From IMG/VR virus record IMGVR_UViG_3300031673_000022, positions 9,496 to 73,495 of that record: a DNA stretch of 64,000 nucleotides; one strand, given 5' to 3'. Positions 57,844 to 64,000 of this stretch are shown piece by piece. A model generated the notes under the pieces. It did not search any database and was not told the DNA's origin. It saw nothing but the letters and a program-made list of their open reading frames with translations. How positions within the stretch are numbered: the first letter of the stretch is position 1; each line of letters opens with the position of its first letter. This DNA comes from a virus. The position numbers and the translations under genes are program-made.

Positions 57844-58046
57844 CAGAGCACCTCCGCCAGCGCTCGCGCTTTGTTGAGAGCGGCCTCAGTGAACCCCAGG
57901 GGGCAGGGCTCGGTCTCGGCGATGACACGCCCGTTGCCCGCCACCACCTGACCGACGCAACCGTAGCTCTGGCCCACGTTGCGGACACGCAATTTCAGCA
58001 CCCGCCCACTTGCCGTCTTCACAGCCTCAACGTCTTTGGTGTTCAT
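57843..58046 (-). CDS. small hypothetical protein
   Basis: Coupled ORF. Confidence 0.45.
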   Translation of the reverse strand: MNTKDVEAVKTASGRVLKLRVRNVGQSYGCVGQVVAGNGRVIAETEPCPLGFTEAALNKARALAEVL

Positions 58047-58229
58047 CGCATCCCTGCTTTCTTGATGAGGAGGTCGACCGCGCGTCGCGCGTCGAAGTTA
58101 CTATTGAACCCGTCGGCGCTGTGGACGAAGTCGCGGAGGCAGGCGAGCGCCCGGTGGACCTCGTTGTTGTGGTCGTAGCCAGGCGTGGCCTGCTCCGGCT
58201 CCTGCTTGTCTTTGATGGCGTCGGTCATC

Positions 58230-58458
58230 TCAGGATCCTTTCGCTTCGGAGAGGGGTTTCGGGGTGAAGTGAGCGTCGCGCTCGATGAGACGTGCGGCTT
58301 CCTCCAGGCGGCTTCGCGTGTCGGTCTCCTCGGCGCCTGCCAACTCACGCAGGTAGCTCGCGACGTCTTCTTGGCGCAGGTAGATGCTGCCGTTGGTCTT
58401 GACGAACCGGATGCCATACATGGTCAGGAGCCTTTCGCTTCGGAGAGGGGTTTCGGGG
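58230..58458. repeat. 35-bp direct repeat (58230-58264 and 58424-58458, one mismatch)
   Basis: TCAGGA(T/G)CCTTTCGCTTCGGAGAGGGGTTTCGGGG. Both copies encode the C-terminal PKPLSEAKGS*. Confidence 0.85.
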
Positions 58459-58726
58459 ACCACCAAGCGTCACGCTCGATGCTCATGCCCATGGGGAGCC
58501 GGAGAGACTCAAGCTCCGACTTCGAGATGTAGCCAAACTCCGCGCAGGCCGGGTCGCCGAGGTCAGCGAACCCGAAGAAGGTGTCTTCCCCGTCCCACTC
58601 GGTGATATACCACGTCCCAGCCCCGACCGGGTTGAAGAGCTTGAGGTAGACCATCGGGTCTTTCACCCCGTCCTGGGCGTAGAGCTTCGGGAGCTTGCGG
58701 GCGATCTCTTTGGTGATGAGTTTCAT
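58424..58726 (-). CDS. DUF2958-like protein
   Basis: LPKLYAQD..KLFNPVGAGTWYITE..FFGF..EFGYIS..IERD. Confidence 0.75.
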   Translation of the reverse strand: MKLITKEIARKLPKLYAQDGVKDPMVYLKLFNPVGAGTWYITEWDGEDTFFGFADLGDPACAEFGYISKSELESLRLPMGMSIERDAWWSPKPLSEAKGS

Positions 58727-58748
58727 GGTGTTCCCTTCCTTCCCAATC

Positions 58749-58776
58749 ATAGTAGACACCGTACTGTTGTCGTCAA
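58749..58776 (-). promoter_or_regulatory. early promoter
   Basis: TTGACG-N16-TACTAT. Confidence 0.65.
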
Positions 58777-58791
58777 CAACACCTTGACAGA

Positions 58792-59229
58792 TCAGCTAGC
58801 AGAATCGTCGGGGAGGTCTTTGATCAGGCTGGAGGCAAGCTCCGGCAGCGACTGCTTCACAACGGCCCGCAGGGCAACACGGGCGTTGTGCTCGGTCAGC
58901 TCAGTCAGGCGCCGGCCTTCCTCGATCATCGCCTCGATGGTTGTGTCATCAGGGAGGTCCGACCAACCGCTCATCTTGATGCTCATGTTTCCCGTGTCCT
59001 GAGACGAGTCGCCGGTCCGGAAAAAGTCCGGCCCGAAATGCGCCTCGACCCGCACGCGCCACTTACGGGAGTAGAGATCGAATGTGACCTCGCCCCCGTG
59101 GGTGTTGGCCCGAACCACATCCTGCACGCGCCGCTCATAGCGCTCCCAGCTAGTCACCTCATGGGGGTCAGGGGCGAGTACCCGGTCATCGTTCAGGCTG
59201 GCGATCTCGTTCTTGTTCTTGAGGCCCAT
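58792..59229 (-). CDS. hypothetical protein
   Basis: GGGAG RBS before MGLKNK. Confidence 0.55.
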   Translation of the reverse strand: MGLKNKNEIASLNDDRVLAPDPHEVTSWERYERRVQDVVRANTHGGEVTFDLYSRKWRVRVEAHFGPDFFRTGDSSQDTGNMSIKMSGWSDLPDDTTIEAMIEEGRRLTELTEHNARVALRAVVKQSLPELASSLIKDLPDDSAS

Positions 59230-59267
59230 GGTTTTCTCCCTGGTTATGCGTAAGCAACCCGCGCGCT

Positions 59268-59561
59268 TTAGGCGTTCCATCCGCGTGCTTTGAAGAAGCT
59301 GACTCGGACGTCGGCTTCGGCGCTCTCGCGCATGAAGTCGCGGTTCACTTTCTTGCTGCTGCTCGCGGTGTCCCAGTTAGATTGGTAGTCGCAGTCGTAC
59401 TCAAGGAAGTCCTCGACCTTCTTGCGCTCTTCCCGGTTGGCGCAAGTGATGTACGCGCGGGTAACATTGCCGTAGGTCTCGAAAACCATCTTGCTCGGCA
59501 GGCCGTTGTCGGCGAGGAGCTTGGCGAGCTTGGTCTTGCTGATGAGTCCCTTGATTTTCAC
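59268..59561 (-). CDS. hypothetical protein
   Basis: AAGGAG RBS downstream of a promoter. Confidence 0.6.
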   Translation of the reverse strand: MKIKGLISKTKLAKLLADNGLPSKMVFETYGNVTRAYITCANREERKKVEDFLEYDCDYQSNWDTASSSKKVNRDFMRESAEADVRVSFFKARGWNA

Positions 59562-59585
59562 TCTGTCTCCCTTGGTGGCATCTCT

Positions 59586-59613
59586 ATTGTAGACGCTCTG
59601 CTGTGGGCGTCAA
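59586..59613 (-). promoter_or_regulatory. early promoter
   Basis: TTGACG-N16-TACAAT. Confidence 0.65.
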
Positions 59614-59852
59614 GCATTCTTTTCATGCGTACCAAGCAACATTGAAGGTGGGACAAGTACACACAGCCACCTGAGACGCCCTGAGAGCCCCTCTGAGGCC
59701 CATAAGCCAGCCCCCATAGTGGCACCCGTAAGAAGGCCAGAAATCGATCCTGGGGCATCCTATGAAGCGTACCTAAGTACCCGATCCAAAAGGGAAATCC
59801 CTGAAAACACCGTGTCAAGAAGTTTATTACAAGTGTATCAAGATGAGACAAG

Positions 59853-59880
59853 AAAACAGGCCCCGTTTGGGGCCTGTTTT
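59853..59880. terminator. bidirectional-type terminator
   Basis: AAAACAGGCCCC-GTTT-GGGGCCTGTTTT. Confidence 0.75.
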
Positions 59881-61621
59881 CAGGTTTGGGGCTTGTCCCA
59901 GGTGAGAGGTAGGTGGGCCGTCGCCCGTGTTAGCGCCGCTGTCCGCAGCAACCGACAATCGTGCGACCATTCAACTATCTGCGCCATGTCGGCGTCGGCT
60001 TCCAGCGAGAAGACCGCCTGCTCGACGACGAGATTACAATCGGGGCTCGCGGCGATCAGCAGCCAGAGGAGTTCATCGTCGTCGGCGAACAGCAGGGTCT
60101 CTGCTGTGTACGTGTACGTCACAAAGACTCCTGGGCTTCGCTAGCCCACCGGGACAAATGTGCTTCGTACCCCTCAGCCCACCGAGACAACGCCATCAAC
60201 GTCAACTCCACCCCACCCGGACCAGGAGGGAGGGAGGCCAGGTAGACAAGAGCTTCTTCCTCGGTCGCGAAGCGGTTGTTCGTGTGCTGCTTATCGGGGC
60301 TCATCACCACCCACACCTCACCCCCCGATGTCAGCATCGGGAAGGCGTAGTTACCCGAGGGGAGGTGCCGGTGGAGGACACGAGCGCCCGACCAAGTTGT
60401 GTAGGTCACAAGGTCATCCATCAGTGCCTCCTTGTCCCAGTGCCAGTGCGCGCATGTCCTCGACGTACTCCCGAACCGCTTCCTCGATCACAGGTAGCTT
60501 GTCCTCTTCGTCAGCGCCCAGGATGAAGAAGATGGCGGACCCGAAGTGCCCATCGTACTCCGGGTCGAGGGCTCCCAGGTCCATCAGGATCTCATGCAGG
60601 GGCTCGTACCTACTGTCGCCTTTCATCACGAGGAGAAAGTCCGCATCCGAAAGCGGTAGCTCGTAGGTGCGCGCCGTGACCACCGCCTTGCCAAAGGTCG
60701 CGGTCATGCTGCTTCCTCGTCAGGTTCCTCAGGATCAGCGTAAGCGGATTCGATCCGCTCCCCGGTGTGGTCGCAGTAGAGGTCAGGGTCCTCCCAGTTC
60801 GCGTCATGCGCCACCACGTACCAGCCCTTGTCATCCGGGTCACAGCAGGCGTCGAGGTTCTCCTCCACAGCCTCAGCACTCAAAACACCGCCGTCAGCAG
60901 TGACATAGAACAGCGGGTAGCAGCCGACCGAGCTGTACTTCACTACCTTGGGGATCGGTGAAGGGTCAGCCGCATATGGGTTCGTGTTGCGTACGTCCAT
61001 CATCACGATGGCAGGGTTACGCGGGTGTAGATAGCTCATTGGGATACCTTTGTGAGAGTCATGATGCCGGAGTCCGCCGCTACAGGTGACCCAGACGGGG
61101 CCTCGACCCAGCCCACGTAGCTCTGCGTGTACGGGGTGATCCACAGATGCGCATCGCTACCATCCGCAATGAGGAGATTGAAGCTCACCCTCTCGTGCTT
61201 GTTGAGGCTCGTGGGGTGGTCGCGACGCTCGCCGACGACGAACACACGGCGGTCATGGATCCCAACGCCGCTCGTGACCAGCATCCCCGTCTTCACATCC
61301 TCGAAATTAAGCGTCGACATCTCAATCCACCTTCCCGATGTAGAGCGCAGGGTCCAGTCCCCGCGACTTCAGAGCGCGCTTGATCTTCGCCGCACACGAC
61401 GAGCCTACCTGGAAACAGCCCTGAGAATCAGGGGTGTCACTGTCCAGGGGCACGAAACTACGGTCCGTGGTCATGTGCATGTAGACAGCCTTGTCCACCT
61501 GCTTCTCACTCATCCCGCGACGGCAGCAGATGCACTTCTCGTCGTTGCCACGACCCTGACCAGAACAGTCAGCGATCCCAGCCTCCGAAACCAGCGCATC
61601 CATGTGTACCCGGTCCTGCAT
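59880..61621 (-). CDS. operon of six small hypothetical early genes (59880-60122, 60119-60421, 60414-60707, 60704-61039, 61036-61320, 61322-61621)
   Basis: Tightly coupled ORFs between the promoter at 61655-61682 and the terminator at 59853. Confidence 0.55.
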
Positions 61622-61654
61622 CCCGAAACCCCGATGTTTCCTTGCTACCCAATC

Positions 61655-61682
61655 ATAATAGACAGTAGGCAGTAGGTGTCAA
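61655..61682 (-). promoter_or_regulatory. early promoter
   Basis: TTGACA-N16-TATTAT. Confidence 0.7.
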
Positions 61683-61777
61683 GCCTAACGCGACAGATCC
61701 GGTTCACCTACCTTTTGTCGGACCCTTTTGGCTAGCCGGCGGCCTTACTACGCATACTGTGGGTAGGGGGAAGTGAC

Positions 61778-62011
61778 ATGGCGAGCGAAGACACCACCGT
61801 CAAACTATTGAGCCTCCCGAAGTCTCGGGAAGTCGTCGCCCGCTTCGCGGGTATGCAAGACCTCTCCGCCTTCGCGGACCAACCAGAGAAGCTCAAAGCA
61901 CTCTGCGAAGCCCTACTCGACTTGGACGGCGTTCCACCAGCCCTCGACCAGTGGTCCCTCGGTACCATCCATAACGCAGCCAGACTCGTCAAAGCCTTCA
62001 TCGACGGCTAG
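61778..62011 (+). CDS. small hypothetical protein
   Basis: ATG start with purine-rich RBS. Confidence 0.45.
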   Translation: MASEDTTVKLLSLPKSREVVARFAGMQDLSAFADQPEKLKALCEALLDLDGVPPALDQWSLGTIHNAARLVKAFIDG

Positions 62012-62103
62012 ATCAGCACGCCTAGCTTCGTGCCCCAAACTAGGCATCCGCAGCCAAAGATGCCTAGTTTGAACGCAACTACTTGGCATCTTTCGCATTT
62101 CCG

Positions 62104-62131
62104 TTGTCGGGCAAAGACGAGCGTCTACTAT
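62104..62131 (+). promoter_or_regulatory. early-type promoter
   Basis: TTGTCG-N16-TACTAT, with the same GTC before the -10 as the minus-strand promoters. Confidence 0.5.
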
Positions 62132-62152
62132 GTTGGCAGGAGGACAGCCAAC

Positions 62153-62443
62153 ATGCTGCACAACATCGAAGACATCGCCAAGTACCTGGGGGCCAAGGAA
62201 GCCACGAACGAGTCGATCAGCCACCGGGTCTACAAGGACACCGAGTGCGGGGCCTGGGCGGAGGTCAAGAACAACACCTTCCGCACCGGGTCCATCGTGG
62301 AAGGTGCTGACGCCGAGACAACCATCCACACTGTCAAGTTGCCCGCCGAAGAAGAAGAGATCGACCAAGCCATCCAAGGCGTTGAAGCCGAGGCCGATGA
62401 CATCTGGGCGGAGCACCACGAAGACGAGCACGCTGAATCATGA
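62153..62443 (+). CDS. small acidic hypothetical protein
   Basis: AGGAGG RBS before MLHNIEDIA. Confidence 0.65.
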   Translation: MLHNIEDIAKYLGAKEATNESISHRVYKDTECGAWAEVKNNTFRTGSIVEGADAETTIHTVKLPAEEEEIDQAIQGVEAEADDIWAEHHEDEHAES

Positions 62444-62691
62444 GCCACATCCGAAAAGCACTCAGGGCCGTCGAAGAAGCGGCCAAAGTCATGGCCGGCA
62501 AACCACCGTCCAAAGCACAAGTCAACTACGTCCTCCACATCATCAGGCAAAAGGGGCTCAAAGAACCGACACAAGAGCAGGTGCAAGAGATGGACGCCGA
62601 CCAGGTCAGCGATCTGATCGATGGACTCAAGAGCAAACGGGGTCGAGCCGTCTGGTACGGCAACGGGCAGTTCTCTCACTGGCAACGGTGA
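62440..62691 (+). CDS. small protein with leader-like N-terminus
   Basis: MSHIRKALRAVEEAAKVMAG, then PSKAQVNYV..QVSDLIDGL. Confidence 0.6.
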   Translation: MSHIRKALRAVEEAAKVMAGKPPSKAQVNYVLHIIRQKGLKEPTQEQVQEMDADQVSDLIDGLKSKRGRAVWYGNGQFSHWQR

Positions 62692-62710
62692 GCTAGGGGC
62701 ACCCTGTCGT

Positions 62711-63484
62711 ATGGACAGCAAGACCCGAAGAACCATCGCCCAAGCACTCAGGGAAGCAGCTCACTCCTTGAGCGCGGCTAAGCTCGCCACCAAGGGAACA
62801 CGGGTCACAGGCACCTTCTACGGAGACGACCAAGGTCTGTGGGAATACACGGAAGGTTACCCTCTCAATATTCTAAAAATGGGTTGGTCGTGGGAGGGCT
62901 CGATCGCCATGTCATCTGAAAACCAATGGCGTAACCTGTCAGTTACAGGTGCTACGGAGCACAGCCGTGGATTTAGGAAGGCGCTGAAGGAGATCGTAAA
63001 GGAGTACCCAGAGGTCAGGGACTTCTTAATCTCTTTCGACGGCCCCTATAAAGAGGTGTCCGATCTCGTTGACGGGGAGGAAGAGGCAGACCTAAGCAAA
63101 GTTACCTTCTACCACGGCACGACTTCTACGTTGCTGGATGTAATCCAGGCCGAGGGGCTCAAACCTCGGAGCATAACGAAGCGCGATCCATCCTTCGGAT
63201 CTGAATTCAGGGCGCCAGATGGCCGAGACGACGCCATTTACCTCACGACGCAGATGGGTATGGCCCGCGCTGCTGCTTTCTCAGCCACTAAGAACGAGGT
63301 GAGGAGAAAAGAAACGCCGGGCAAGCCTGTCATCTTCGTCGTCAGCGGGCTCAACCCGCGCTACCTCGTAGCCGACGAGGACAGCGGGGAGACAGACCCG
63401 GTGAAGAGCTTGGAGCGCATCGGCTCCATCGCTTACACCAGGCCCATCCACCCACGCTTGATCAAAAAGGTTCTCAAGGTGTAG
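62711..63484 (+). CDS. leader-bearing Tpt1/KptA-like ART-fold protein
   Basis: Leader MDSKTRRTIAQALREAAHSLSAA, then TFYHGTT..IQAEGLKP..AIYLTT..A..GKPVIF..IHPRLI. Confidence 0.7.
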   Translation: MDSKTRRTIAQALREAAHSLSAAKLATKGTRVTGTFYGDDQGLWEYTEGYPLNILKMGWSWEGSIAMSSENQWRNLSVTGATEHSRGFRKALKEIVKEYPEVRDFLISFDGPYKEVSDLVDGEEEADLSKVTFYHGTTSTLLDVIQAEGLKPRSITKRDPSFGSEFRAPDGRDDAIYLTTQMGMARAAAFSATKNEVRRKETPGKPVIFVVSGLNPRYLVADEDSGETDPVKSLERIGSIAYTRPIHPRLIKKVLKV

Positions 63485-63721
63485 CTAGGACACCCGCCAA
63501 ACGTCGTACAAAGCCTTCTGGCCGCTCAGCGAGAACGAGACCCCGGGGATGAAGTGCCCTGCTCTCAGATTCTCAGGGCGGCAGCCTTCCGGGTAGCCAC
63601 CGTAAGTGCTGATGTAAACGTTGTCCTCGCCAACAACCCCGATCAGACCCGGCGTGTTGATGTGGCCGCTGCTGTCGCGGCCAGGCTCCCCATCCTTCGG
63701 GTTCCACAAGATGAACTGCAT
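63485..63721 (-). CDS. small hypothetical protein
   Basis: AAGGAG RBS before MQFILWNP. Confidence 0.5.
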   Translation of the reverse strand: MQFILWNPKDGEPGRDSSGHINTPGLIGVVGEDNVYISTYGGYPEGCRPENLRAGHFIPGVSFSLSGQKALYDVWRVS

Positions 63722-64000
63722 GTACGGACTCCTTGGTAGATGTACCAACACATAACACGTAACATTTGTCGACGGCAAATCCTCGCGCCAACGGTGAGCT
63801 AGAGCCACCCTTGACGACGCAGGGGAACCAGGTACCCTCACCCACGAGCTGAGCGACCAGGGGAAACGGCGAGATGGTCTGGGAAACCAAAACCACACAG
63901 GTCTACGAGGAACATTACCTCCAAAACCACCGCCACGAAGAACAAGCACTCCGATGGGTCGCCACTCAACACGCTCTCAACCCAAGACACGGGCACGGCG

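Overview
This window is a fragment of a large, GC-rich tailed-phage genome, most likely a jumbo myophage. It uses the standard genetic code and contains no CRISPR array, rRNA or transposase. Core phage genes are scattered on both strands: RuvC-like resolvase, intein-containing RecA/UvsX, gp32-like SSB, sigma-70-like factor, Cas4-like exonuclease, DnaG-type primase, HU, Dda/RecD-like helicase, neck/head-completion-like proteins and a tail tube. A block of small early genes with sigma70-type promoters occupies 49-62 kb. The most striking pattern is a family of otherwise unrelated proteins sharing a short amphipathic leader (approx. R-x-x-[VT]-A-x-[AS]-L-R-A-A-A-x-x-L-x-A). This leader is fused to interchangeable enzymatic cargo: ADP-ribosyltransferase-like, zincin, GNAT and Zn-finger domains. 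Large polyproteins carry further ART, Nudix, kinase-like and papain-like domains separated by [VLI]-x-[AG] linkers. I infer a capsid-targeting and proteolytic-processing system for injected effectors, with signs of ongoing cassette insertion, including a DNA methylase gene split by a leader-GNAT cassette. A second oddity is a Pth2 operon ending in two tRNA-like genes with canonical arms but 8- and 9-nt anticodon loops. All functional calls come from motif recognition by eye; no database searches were run.
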